Source: Hydrurus foetidus (Eukaryota). Taken from it: DNA of 56,229 bases. Below, one piece after another: positions 11,794-24,642 of the stretch (positions are counted from its first letter, which is position 1; every line of letters begins with the position of its first letter). The translations under genes and the position numbers were made by a program. Location: assembly GCA_900617105.1 (NCBI GenBank), contig UYFQ01000587.1, forward strand, positions 62,001 through 118,229. Reading direction: 5' to 3'. The notes under the pieces are model-generated. The model worked only from the letters and a program-made list of their open reading frames with translations, did not search any database and had not been told where the DNA came from.

Positions 11794-13955
11794 ATGATGA
11801 TGAGGGTTGCTACATTGCTGCCAATTTTGGCTTTGATTCAGAATGTCATTGCATTCAACATGCCCTCAAGAAGATTCATGACAAACAGTGTTTTAAGAAT
11901 GAGCGAGGTTGCAGCACCTGTCGAGGAGAATGCGTTCTCCCCGAGCAGTTACCAGGTATTTCTTGGAAACTTACCGTTTGCCATGGATGAGGGCGGACTT
12001 ACGGAGCTTATCGGCGAGAGAACCGTGAGGTACTGAAGGAATTACATCAAGATCTCCTCATAGAGAATTCGTGTGATGTAATATAGTAACACACTCCCGT
12101 CATGAATTGAACTAGCATGACTAAGTTACGGATTGCGAAAGATAAGAAGACTGGTCGCAGTAGAGGCTTCGCCTATCTTGACTTTGACACTAAAGAGACA
12201 GCTGAAGTCGCCGTTGCAGCACTTGCAGGTAAAGTCATTCAGAAATAAAAGGCACTGCGTCCTAATGAGAGATAGAAAACCAAGACTGCAGACGAAGAGC
12301 ACAACTTCATGTTCTGTATGAAATGCACCACTCTTTAAACACAATATTTTCCAATCGCACTGAAGGCCTTCAATGCGAGGGCAGAGACCTGAAGATTGAT
12401 CTCTCCGAGCCTAGATCAGAGAGACCAAAGCCAGTGCGCACCCCTTCCGAGAACTCGGTCTTCGTAGGAAACTTAGGTACCCACTACCTCACTGACTGTA
12501 ACGGCCTGAACTCTGCCCTCACAGCCTACTCAACCGCAACTATCTCTGACCACCCCTCCTGTCCACCAGATTTCCAAGTGACTGAAGAATCCATCCTTGA
12601 ATTATGCGAGAGTGTCCTCGGTGCAGGCACGGCCCTTAAGGTCCGCATTGCCACCGATAGAGACACAGGTTGGTGAACGTACCATCGACTGCTGCATCGA
12701 TGTATTTGAGTGATAGGAGAGCATACTAAGGAGCGACATCTCCCCACTGCGGACTGTTTATGCTGCGTATATAAAACGATATGAAGCTCTATTCCATCGA
12801 ACGGGGGGACGCCGAAAAACTATGCTATACGTACACCACCGTCTTCGACTGCATCATCCCCTCCCCGAGAATCGACCATCAACATTGTCTGCAGCTACAA
12901 CACCCTTTCTAATTTTCGCCATTCGCCATGCCCACTGCAGGCCGATCAAAGGGCTTCGCACACGTAGACTTCTCATCCCAGGACCTCGCCTCCAGAGCCG
13001 TCACAGAGATGAACGGAGTGGAGCTAATGGGCAGATCCCTCAGAATCGACTACGCACAAAGAAAGGAAGACAGACCTGCTGGACAGGAAGCACCCAGGGA
13101 TGTACGTTCCCCTCGCCTCACTACACCAATCTTTTCCAACCTCTCTCGCAACCTAACATGATCCAACCCACATACCTCTTCTCGCCTTTCAGAACAGAGC
13201 CCCTAGATCAAGCTCTATGACTGAGCACTCGATCTTCCTTGGCAATTTGGCCTGGGACGTAACTAGAGAGCTTGTGATGGACATGGTAAATGACGTGCTT
13301 GGCCCCGGCCTTTTCAACCAAGGTAACCCACTCCTCTCTTCGACCTCCTCTGCGTCACCTCACATCATGCTCGCGACCTAAGAAGGGAATACCACCACCC
13401 TTCACAACTGACGCTCTCTCCACACGTCATGTCCTTCAACTCATTCCGCAGTGAGACTCGCCATTGACAGAGAGACCGGCAGACCTAGAGGCTTCGGCCA
13501 CATCGACTTCAAAGGTACGTCAGTCCGTCCGTCAATTACTACTGACGTACTGGTAACATACTGGGAAACAACTTAACTGTCAACTCGAACAATTCCGACG
13601 TTGTCGTTCTTCAGATGCTGAGAGTGCTGACCGCGCCGTGAAGGAGCTTGATGGACTTGAGGTGATGGGCAGACAGTTAAGAGCAGACCACGCACAGAAG
13701 AGATCGGATTCGGATGGAGGAGGAGGTGGAGGAGGAAGAGGCGGCGGCAGAGGTTACGGAGGTACGAACCATCTACAATATGTAGCATGATGACAAGCAA
13801 CGCGCAGCATGGTCACTCACTCACTCACTCACTATCACGACTGGCACTCCCACCATCCCATCACAGGTGGACGTGGAGGAGGAAGAGGCGGTGGAGACCG
13901 TTACGGAGGCGGCAACAGCGGCGGTGCATCAGACGGATCATTCGGATCGTGGTGA
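11794..13955 (+). CDS. Plastid-targeted RNA-binding protein with three RRM domains and a C-terminal RGG/Gly-rich tail
   Basis: Exons 11794-12029, 12116-12228, 12366-12476, 12570-12668, 12941-13101, 13193-13322, 13452-13514, 13615-13761, 13867-13955. RNP2/RNP1 pairs are VFLGNL/RGFAYLDF, VFVGNL/KGFAHVDF and IFLGNL/RGFGHIDF. The N-terminus is a signal peptide followed by VIA-FNMP (ASAFAP-like) and an R/S-rich transit segment. Confidence 0.9.
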
Positions 13956-15120
13956 TCGAACTTTATCGTATCGTGACTAGCCCTCTCGCGTTACAAAACG
14001 TGAAAGAGATACATACTCTCACCCGAGCTAACATTAGTTCGCATAGACAGACAGGTTTTATTTTACATCCCGCAGTTATAAGTAATAAAGATGGACGACC
14101 CAATCTTTCTACTCCAGTTTTCGGAGCAGCTTATATTGATGCCTTCCCCGAGATCGCGCACAACAGCCAAACATCTGGAAGATAGAATATAACTGAACTG
14201 AGAGCTGTGCTTCGCAATGGAATGCAGAATTGCACAGCAGGGAACAGAGTTACTACGTTGAAACTACGAAAGTCATCTAAAGGCGCTTACTAACTGACTA
14301 CCGTCACAGACTGATTAGCATCACGTCGATTGGATATTACACCTCAACGTGTCGCAACAACTCCCGGGCTGAGATTCCGCGTTATGAAGGTGTCACGCTT
14401 TCCCATCTGAATGCCTGAGGGCTAGCGGATGAGTATCGACATAATTTCACCATTACTGTGAAACGGCGGAAGTGACACATCTTTTGGACTCTAGTGCATT
14501 AAGAGGGAAGCAACATCTCAGTAACTGAAGAATGTTGGAACCACACGCCGTCCCCGGTCGCCGTAGCCGAAACACATCAGTCATAGGAAGAGTTTGACCT
14601 CCACCCATAATCTTTGATGCTAGAGATTCAGGCGCATGAGGTATGTGATCAAAACACCGTACTGCATCAGCAGCCTCTTCCATATCATGATCGTGCAGAT
14701 GATATAAGGTTCTTTTCATGTTCGCTTAATCACTCATCAGGACTAGATACGTAATTTAAGACTGAGGATAAATCACTAATTAAACTTCTGCTACATACGT
14801 GAGAGGATCCATTCAATCGAATCATATTTTGTACTGTATCGAGTGGAACATCACATTTTTTCGACGGCAACAGACCACAAGGGGTGACGACAAACAACGA
14901 CGGAGGGTTAACTAACAAGCTGGTCTCCCGAACGTTGATCGAGTAGCACACCAGTCATACGACATGATTTCTGATTTCTCTTTTCAGAGACCAGTCATTC
15001 GACTAAATATCGTCCATAGCGATAGTCTTAAAAGTGAATAGCTGCAGAAGCCTGTGTTGTTCTAGGAATTTTCTTTCTTCCTGCATCACAAGTTCCTGAG
15101 TGGTGAAGATTGCCGCAAAC

Positions 15121-18028
15121 ATGGCCACTATGACTCAAAAATCGTCGACAACTTCTCATTTGCCTGTTCTACAGAATCTTATCAAACGAGATCCTCCATC
15201 ATACAGGGACGAGTTTCTTCAACAGCTGAAACATTTCGAGAGCGAACTTGCAATTTTTCAGCTGCGCCCTACAAAGGACTCCGATCGTTTCACAGAGTTA
15301 GTTACTTTCATGAGTCATGTGTCAATTTGCTATAAGGATGATTGCGCAAACATACCTTTGGCATTGCTCGAACTCCTCGAAGTCCATGCAGCAACTCTGC
15401 ATTTAGATGTGCGGTCAAAATTATTGCAGTCACTCATTCTGCTGCGCAATAAAGGCATGATCGACCCAATAGTACTGCTCAAATTAGCCTTTAAACTCTT
15501 CTCCGTACCCGATAAAACACTGCGAACGAGTTTGGGAGACTACATTTTCAACGACATCAAAACCATCAACGTCAACAAGAGAAACGAGAAGCTCAACAGA
15601 GGCGTACAGGCAATGTTATTTGGGGTTGTTGCGGAAGATACTACGATTGCAGCTCGTAAAACAATTGAGATATTAGCCGAGCTGTATAGAAGAAGGTGGG
15701 ACACCGTCTACTTTGGGGATCTATGTTTCTATAACAACATTGCATTTGAAACACACCCGACGATCGCTGCGTCCCTGTTCAGCTGCTAGAATATCTATAT
15801 TTGCATTTCGAATGCTACTGTCTCTCTTATATAAGACATATATACCATATGTCATGAACTCAACACCAGACTTGTCCTTTGAATGCGATGCGAAGAATTG
15901 TCAATGATATCTCAACGATGACATACTTCTTCTTTTATCAGGGTGTGGACCGATTCTCGCACCGTGAATGTGATCGCTTCTGCTTGCACATCCACCATGA
16001 CAAGGGTCGTTGTTGCGGCACTGCAATTCTTTTTAGGTGAGCACGGCTCAGCACTCTACGCAATCTCACTAATGTTTTGAGGGTTTTATCGATATATAGT
16101 GACTCACTGTCATGACCCTGTGGATTGTGTTTATGTTGCTTTCTGACTGCAGCCTTCCAGCCGTCTTCATGAAATCATCCAGCCACCTTCTCAACTATGT
16201 CTCACTGTCATGACCCTGTGGATTGTGTTTATGTTGCTTTCTGACTGCAGCCTTCCAGCCGTCTTCATGATATCATCCAGCCACCTTCTCAACTATGTCT
16301 CACTGCCATGACCCTGTGGATTGTGTTTATGTTGCTTTCTGACTGCAGCCTTCCAGCCGTCTTCATGATATCATCCAGCCACCTTCTCAACTATGTCTCA
16401 CTGCCATGACCCTGTGGATTGTGTTTATGTTGCTTTCTGACTGCAGCCTTCCAGCCGTCTTCATGATATCATCCAGCCACCTTCTCAACTATATCTCACT
16501 GCCATGACCCTGTGGATTGTGTTTATGTTGCTTTCTGACTGCAGCCTTCCAGCCGTCTTCATGATATCATCCAGCCACCTTCTCAACTATGTCTCACTGC
16601 CATGACCCTGTGGATTGTGTTTATGTTGCTTTCTGACTGCAGCCTTCCAGCCGTCTTCATGATATCATCCAGCCACCTTCTCAACTATATCTCACTGCCA
16701 TGACCCATCACTATCTCCAGGGATCGAGACTAAGATGCACGAGGACGATGATGAGGAGAAGAAAGCCACAGTGAAGGAGGTCGACTATCACGCACACTCA
16801 AAGCAGACGAAGAAAAGACTGAGACACGTGCAGAGACAGGTATGTATGTGAGTGAGAGAGTCAGTGAGTGAGTGAGTAACTAAGAAGGTTTCATGGCTTA
16901 CAGCTGCCATGCTGACTCAATCCGCATCTTCAGCGCCTTCAGTGGTTTCAGCCCACAGATGCCGCCATAAGAATAATTATCTTTCAGTTCGGTTTGGTTT
17001 TCTTCGTTCGTTGCTGTGCTCTAGAATAAGTTGTTTCGCCTCATCCTTCCATCTTTCATCAGTCCACTCGTTAGCTACTCCTTGAACTCTCTGAAATCGG
17101 CTCTAGTGCACGCAATTCAGCATTATCACTGTACAACATCTATGACTTGATTTGACTTTGTTTTGTTTTATTCTATTTTATTCTATTCGTGACTGGTAGG
17201 TGGAGCATAACGCCAAGCTAAGGAGGGACAACCAAGGCAAAGCAATGGAGAACACGCCTTTGTTCCCCGCGATCCAGCTGATCCACGATCCCCAGGCACT
17301 CGCAGAGAAACTGTTTAAGAAACTGAGGCAGCCGGGAGAAAAGTTTGAAGTGAAACTGCTGCTGATGAACTTCATCAGCAGACTCATCGGCTGCCACAAA
17401 CTGCTCCTCCTCAGCTTCTACTCCTTCCTGCAGCGGTACATCACATCGCATCAGAAGGACGTCACACATATTCTCGCATATCTTATACAAGTAAGATTGT
17501 TCTACTGCGATGTCATGTGGTGTACTGTACTGTACTGTACTGTACTGTACTGTACTGTACTGTACTGTACTGTACTGTACTGTACTGTACTGTACTGTAC
17601 TGTACTGTACTGTACTGTACTGTACTGTACTGTACTGTACTGCACTCTGCAGTGAATTACACTCTGAACTGATCTGTGCCGTGCTATATACTGTACTGTA
17701 CTGTACTATACCGTATTGTACTGTCCTGAGGTATTTTATGATGTGTGGTAATACGTTGTGCTCTACTGTGTTGCTCCAGTTCCTCAGCCCTTCTCACTCA
17801 TGCTTTCCTTTCCTCCGTTTGACCTATTGGTAGGGGTGTCACGACTTGGTCCCTCCTGAGGACTTGATGCCGGTCATCAAAGCCATCGCATACAACTTCA
17901 TCACAGGTGAAATCGTTTTATGTCATGTTATATCACATCATGAAGAATGAAATGAAGTAGAGAGGGATGAAACAAACGGGAATAGAATTGATTGAAGTAG
18001 AATCCAGTTTATTCATTCATTTATTCAT

Positions 18029-18111
<83 letters not shown>

Positions 18112-21100
18112 TATATTTATTCATTCATTCATTCATTCATTCATTCATTCATTCATTCATTCAGAGCGGTGTACGAACGAAGTGATGTCTGTGGGCATCA
18201 ATAGTGTGAGGGAAATATTGGTGCGCGTTCCGGCCATACTGAGGGAGCCCGACATGGGTGACTTCATAGAGGGTGAGTCACTCAGCTGAACTGAGCTGAG
18301 CTAAACTAATCTGAAGTGAAGTGAACCAAGCGACCCCATGTCCACGATGACAGTCATGCCACGGTACTTTCATTGCAGTGGGTGCAGCTAAACGTTACTG
18401 CCACTACTTTCTACTGTTACTGCTTCTCTCTTCCCAGAGCCGTAACGCACCTGCACTCCTCTTCATTTTAATTATGTTCTATTCTCTCCTCTCCTCTCCC
18501 CTATGACGTCCCTCCCCTTCTCATTGAGTGCCCCTTTCCTTCCTCAACTAATTGCCGTCAGATTTGGCGCAGTACAGTCGCAAGACACACAAGAGTGTCA
18601 TGACCGCGGCTCACGGCATCGTCAACTTAGTCAGGTTAGGGTTAGAACGAGCCACTGCTTGATATGGCACAATGCTCGGAGTATAGAGGGGTAGTGGAGA
18701 CTTGACCCGTATCGTCAGAAACAGTTTAGTGTCGTATAGTATAATATTGTACAGTACAGCAAGAAATGATGTCATCACAGCATATAGCTAAGTAGCAATA
18801 TCACAAAACATCGTGTCGGACGACAAGCGACTTACAGTACAAGCATCCCAACCCAACTAAAGCGAACTGATCTCGAATCAAGCCAACCTCTGACTGCCCT
18901 TACCTATTACTGACCATATCCGTGTCCGTGACCGTGCAGAGAGCTGTATCCCGCGCTGCTGCGGAAAGGAGATAGAGGAAAGTTTCATGACATCACCAAC
19001 ATCCCTGGGCAGTACGGAGAGCAGGTCGGTCTCTCTCCTGTTGCTCTTCTTTCTTGTTCGTGTCTGATGCATGAATCCGACCTTACCTCAACTCACCTCA
19101 ACTCAACTGTGTTGCATTCGATTTTAATGTGTCTGATATCGCACAGGTGGTGGCAGATGGAGTGGCGGGAGCTGACCTGCTTGATCAGTTCGAGAGGGGA
19201 GAGATCTTGCTGGACGGTGACGGTGGGTGACCCATGATGTCGTCTGTTCTAACATCATCTTCATTACCATGGGTGCTCAGTGAGCGTGACATAACTGATG
19301 CTCTCTGTCTCCGTCCCTAGATGAAATCGTGTGGAAAGAGGACATGGAAGAACAGGAGGAAGAGGAAGGGGAAGGAGATTGGGAGGACTGCTCCGAAGAA
19401 GAAGAAGAAGAAGAAGAGGAGGAAGAAGCACCTGACCTTGTGCCCCTTGAAGAAGCAGCAACAGGCAAGAGAAAGAGATCTGATGAGACACCTAGCAAAC
19501 GCAAAAAACCAGCCATGGAGAACAAGGCAGCCGAGGTAAGCACTTGCTAACTCTTCACAATGCAACCGATGCAGACTGGTATGTAGAGATGATCCACTGC
19601 AACACACTCTTCAGGTCGAGGATGACGGGTGGGCATACGTTAGTGCTAGTGAAGAAGAAGTAGATGAGGACGAGGAAGAAGAAGAGGAAGAAGGAGGAAG
19701 TGACGGAGGTACAGCACCCTGTGATCTGATCTGCTTGGCGCTGAGCCATCGTTAAATGGCTCACATTTCCTTTTCTCTCATCTCATCTACTCTCATCTCG
19801 GATGAACTCGACGACATCAGTACTATGCGTAATCGCATGCATCCTTTCTCTCCGTCTCTCACTCTCGATTTCCTTCTTACACACATACACACAGGGTGGG
19901 AAGATGTCGAAGATGAAGAGGAAGAGGGCGAAGAAGAGGAAGAAGAAGCGGTGCAGGAGGTGTCCAAACCGGTGCGAGACATCAGGAAGAGAGCAGACGC
20001 CACTCGAATCCTCACTGCAGAGGATTTCAAGCTAATCGGTGCGCCTCGTCTTGTGTGCAACACGATGTTTTGTCTTACTCCTCTTCTACTGCCTGTCGCT
20101 GCATTTCAGCCTTTGTTCTACATGCACCCTGTTGTACACTTTGCCCCTCAATTCCCTCCTTTTCTCAACTTTTCTAATTTATCTTCTCCTCTCCTGTTCC
20201 CTTCGAATCATTTTTCTTCTCCAGAGCGACTGCGGGAGGCTCAGTCTGAAAGAGCTAGAAACCCCAAGAACAGAACGAACACGTACGTCACACTCTTCTT
20301 ATCATCACTGCAGCGTTTACTTACCATGTTCCTGTTCCTATTCCTGTTTCTATCTGCCACGCATCCACCTCACCTCGACTCATTGCTTGGCTGACTTTAT
20401 CCCTCCATACACCGTCCCTCCCTCCTCACTCAGCGCGATGCAGAAGACTCAAGACCGGAAGAGGCAGAGGGAGGAGGACGAAGAAGAAGAGGCAGGGGGG
20501 GAACCTGCATTCTCGGTCAACCCCGACAGTCTAGGTTAGTCAGTCAGTCAGTCAGTCAGTGAGAGAGTGAGTGCTCTTTAATGGAAGCAGAGCAGAGTAA
20601 GGTGGAGTATAGATTTGGTAGTAAGGTCTCAGTTCCGTGCGAGACTTCTCTCCTCTTCACTCAACTGAGCGGACAGCTCACCTAGAACTATACTAGTCCA
20701 CTGCACTCTTCTGCAACCGTTATTCCTTTCGCTTCAACACACTTCGCGCTGCAACTACCCGACCATCATTACTTACTATCTGCCTCATTAGTACCTCCCT
20801 CCATCCCTCCCTCCCCTCCCATTTCCTTTCCTTTCCTATCAGGTGCTGGCATGAAGACAGGGAAGTCCTCTAAGATCGACCGCATCACCCACATCCTCGA
20901 GGGACGTAAAGACGCGAAGTTTGAGCACAACGGACATGCAGGCGGCTTAACTAATAAGGAGAAACTGCGCAAGAAAAATTTCGTGATGGTTCGAAAGGGC
21001 AAAAAGAGTGTGAACAACAAAACGCGCAAAGCAGCTGGTCTCGACAGACACGAAAAAAATTCAGCGGTCAGTCTCTCTTCACGTCTGTCTGTCTGTCCGT

Positions 21101-21334
21101 CAGTCCGTTTGTCTGTAAGCGCACTCAATCATCGAAGAGTAGTATAGTGCAGCACACCTCACCACACCACACCTTTTTTTCCTGTCACTGCATCGTTACC
21201 TTTACTTGCAGCTGCTTTGTCTGTCACTCCGGAATCAATCAACAGATGTGCCTCTTTTCACTGACACTCTTCTTATTTTTTACGCACAGAAAGAGCAATT
21301 TGGCCGAGACAAGAGGAAGAGGAGGAGAGTGTAA
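15121..21334 (+). CDS. SDA1: SDA1 ribosome (60S) biogenesis protein, multi-exon
   Basis: Motifs LPVLQNLIKRDPPSYRDEF, ELYRRRVWTDSRTVNVIA, FPAIQLIHDPQALAEKLF, HQKDVTHILAYLIQGCHDLVPPE, an acidic region, ATRILTAEDF and GGLTNKEKLRKKNFVMVRK. The last exon 21290-21334 ends in TAA. Confidence 0.93.
16103..16706. repeat. 98-bp minisatellite, about 6.2 near-identical copies, in an SDA1 intron
   Basis: Unit ctcactg(t/c)catgaccctgtggattgtg...ttctcaactat(g/a)t starts at 16103, 16201, 16299, 16397, 16495, 16593 and 16691 (partial). Confidence 0.95.
17521..17640. repeat. (TGTAC)n microsatellite, intronic
   Basis: 24 perfect tgtac units. Confidence 0.95.
18010..18162. repeat. Compound (ATTT)n/(ATTC)n microsatellite abutting an SDA1 acceptor
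   Basis: The repeat runs straight into ttcag|agcggtgtacg. Confidence 0.9.
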
Positions 21335-21610
21335 GCTTGCTCATTCTGTTAGGCGAACGCCTGAGTCTGCGCATCTCCGTACCAATTTGTTTTACCTCCA
21401 GCCGCCATGTCGCGTGTTCTGTTATGTCCACAGTGCATCTTGTTCCTCTTGGAATACCTTATATCAATTTAACCGAATGTACAGTTTCTCGCAAATCACA
21501 TGGCATCGCCCCTCTCTTTGAAAATTCGGTGCGAGCCGATCCCGCCATCTTCTTTTTGTCAGGACAGTGAGTGGAGTTCTATGCGCCACATGGCTGCTAG
21601 CGGCTCTCAA

Positions 21611-21692
21611 TATCTATCTATCTGCCCGTCTATCTGTTTGTCTGTCTGTCTCTCTGTCCGTCTATCTGTCTATCTGTTTGTCTGTCTGTCTA

Positions 21693-21747
<55 letters not shown>

Positions 21748-21752
21748 GTCTG
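21611..21752. repeat. (GTCT/ATCT)n microsatellite
   Basis: Degenerate tetranucleotide array. Confidence 0.9.
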
Positions 21753-22633
21753 TTTACGCTCTCTCTTCTCTTAGTTACTGCAGAGCTGTGGGTCTCTATT
21801 CTCGAAGGTGTGTGTTCTACATGGTAGCAGCGTTCTCACCATACAGGCAGACACGGTTGCCGCTCTCCACATCTCATGGGTCCGATGATGAATACGAAGA
21901 ATGGCACCTGTGTCTCTGTCCACCTCACTGCCTCTCTTTCTCCTCACTCATGCAGCCCACGAGGTCATGAGGTCGGTCTACACCACGTGACCCACCTTGT
22001 GACACAGCCCTATCGCTTATTCGCGGTTATACGGGAGGATTGCAGAACGCGTCAATAGAGCGAATGGAAGCAAATGTGCAGTTCAGAACCTCACTTAGCT
22101 CTCGTTTGATTAACCATATGATACGACGAATGACAGCCTGTAACTCGATGGCGATGCAATCACTGTCATCACTTCACATCGTAGAACACAGCAGTGTAAC
22201 ATAGGACGGATTCCATGTAGAAACAGATGACTCTCGTGTGAAGGAGAACGTCTTGCGTGTTCTCGATGTCATCGTCAGAACAATTTCTGTGTCCGTGGAT
22301 GCTCCGTCATTTTGCTTAAAGACTTTATCCCACCGAATCTGTGATACATCATTATCATCAACCTGCACTGGAGCCGAAATCCTAAATCGAGAACATACCT
22401 AGATGGATCTAGGTATCAAAACTTACATACCCAGAAAACTATACGGGATTGAGACGAGTACCAACCCGCAGTTTACAAAACAGTTTTGAGTTGTTCGAGT
22501 TTGGAGTTTGGAGAGCAGAAGAGAGGATGCTCAGCTACAATCACTGTAATATTTCGAAATGTGCTGACATTAGGGGCAGCGGCAACCTAATCATTCAGGT
22601 ATTTGATTGCTTCAACCAAAGAATTCAGAGGTT

Positions 22634-24023
22634 ATGGAAGTTTCTATCCAAGAAACGCTGGACACAACTGATAAAAGAGAACTTGGTAATTATTTAGAGT
22701 TAGAGTAGTATCATGCTCGAGCTTCCATCGCGCCATAACTTTTTGTATCTCATCATGTTCTGCAGGTGCTGATGCTATTTTCTCAATTAGCACAGCGAAA
22801 CCAGGCAATGGTGTTGAACAATTACGAGACGACAGGTTGACAGCAGAAAAAGCCGTTTCGTTTAAGATTGTCATTTCATATCTCATTAGTGGGGCTGCCT
22901 AGGCTATGATATATGCGATCGCTAATATTTCCATACCTTCTCGATGGTGATTGCTGCATCCAATCGCATGCGTTAGGATGAGTCAAAACTGTATAACTGT
23001 ATCTGCTTGCTTCTTCCCTGAAATTAAATAGCTGAGACTGTTCTCGATGTATCGCTGTTCACTCATGATTTTTTTAAACTTTTATATCTAATCTATTATA
23101 GCACAGAAACGTACTGGCAGTCCAATGGAACCACTCCACATATGATAAATATTCAATTTCTAAAGAAGGTACAATTTAAAGATTTTCACTATTTGTCTGT
23201 GGATAATACCCATAACTTGTCGTTGAAGGGACGACTACATTCCTTTGAACTGCGCTCTAGATTCCACAGGAGCTGATTCTGACCCAGAAGCTCATTTACC
23301 TTGCAGGTCTCTGTTAGCCAGATCTGCTTCTATCTGGACTACAACCTAGACGACAGCTACACAGGTGAGTGAGTTCTCTCATACCCTCCTGGACTGGCTC
23401 ATAATCAGAACTTATTCATGTCAAGTCGCTCAACTTAATGCTTAACATTTCTCTGACGCTTCTGCAGCCAAGAAGATTTCGATTCGCAGCGGCACATCGT
23501 CGCACGACCTGATCGACATCACGGCCATCGAGCTCAACGAACCGGTCAGTGAGTCAGATTACTAACACGCTCTAGTAAGTACCTCGAGAATAGATTGGCC
23601 TTGCAGATCTGACAGATTGACCATCTCACTAATTTGATCAAATAGGTGGGTTGGGTGACCGTGACTCTGCCGAATCCGACGGGGTCTCCCGGCTGTTTGA
23701 AAACACACCTTCTGCAGTTACGCATTCTCTCCATGCATCAAAACGGAAGGTCAGTCAGAAGGATGTTCCCCTTCTGCTAACTGAACCGAACGCAGTGGTC
23801 GGTCGTTGATCCTTTCTCATCTCTTCTTATTTCTTTGTTAGCTACTTCGCAATTACTGCACGTCACATCCCCTTCTCCGTAATCCTCATCTACACCCTTA
23901 AGGGACACTCACATTCGGCAGCTGAAGGTGTTCGGTCCGCGCACCGACCTGCTCGTGATGGGAGACACGCCCCTAGAGAGCTTCAAGACCGTAGAGATGC
24001 AGCAGTATGCTGTGCTGCGGTGA
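22634..24023 (+). CDS. APC10: Anaphase-promoting complex subunit 10 (DOC1 domain)
   Basis: Exons 22634-22685, 22766-22835, 23102-23168, 23307-23364, 23468-23544, 23646-23749, 23903-24023. They translate to [47 protein letters not shown]...DDSYT...EPVGWV...MHQNGRDTHIRQLKVFGP...QYAVLR*, with an IR-tail-like LR end. The ORF track misses it because the exons are short. Confidence 0.95.
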
Positions 24024-24642
24024 CACACAGAGGGACACACACACAGACATAGCCACCGAAGGTTCAGGGCGGACCTCCTTCTGGTCGGTGGGTCCAGCAC
24101 CCTCTCCCCACTATGTGCCAATAATGGAGACGGATGCCGTCAAGTATAGTGAAAGTGGATAGTCTGCACGGGTGCATCCGTCCGTCCCTCCCCCTCACTC
24201 GATGCTGTGTCGTAGGAGAAAAGAGCTATCTGCCTGAATTGACTAAAGTCATCGCTTATTGCCTTATCACCAGTCACATCCCACTCATCAACATTTTTAT
24301 TCTTTGCACCTAGCGGCCATTTCCATCATGTCCCTAAGCAAAACAGAGCTGGAGGGTGTCTAGCTCCTGACCTTCTTCCTTTCATTCTTATCTTTTTTCT
24401 TTCTTGATAAATAACTAATGCAGCACATTTCTCAACGAATGACACACCGTCTGAGAGCCATTCTTCATCTGTAAGTTCATGTTCCTATGGGGTCAACAGA
24501 TCTCCTGTGGACGAAGCGTGGTGCTCTTGTTCTGTTCCATCACTCAGAACGCTAACACTGCGGTGCGTTACATGATGCAAACTACGACACAAGCACATAG
24601 CGGAGCAGGATAAGATGAGACAGCAGGGGGAAGGGGTGTGTG

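Noticed and set aside
14453..14951. Minus-strand ORFs upstream of SDA1
   Set aside because: Short, with no motif and no convincing spliced model; cannot be supported.
16103..16706. CRISPR-like array
   Set aside because: The units are contiguous near-identical 98-mers with no unique spacers, inside a eukaryotic intron, with no cas genes.
21560..22450. Possible small gene between SDA1 and APC10 (e.g. ORF 22174-22368)
   Set aside because: Some splice-like sites exist, but I found no consistent model or recognisable protein.
22644..22886. Minus-strand 80-aa ORF
   Set aside because: It is the antisense shadow of APC10 exons 1-2.
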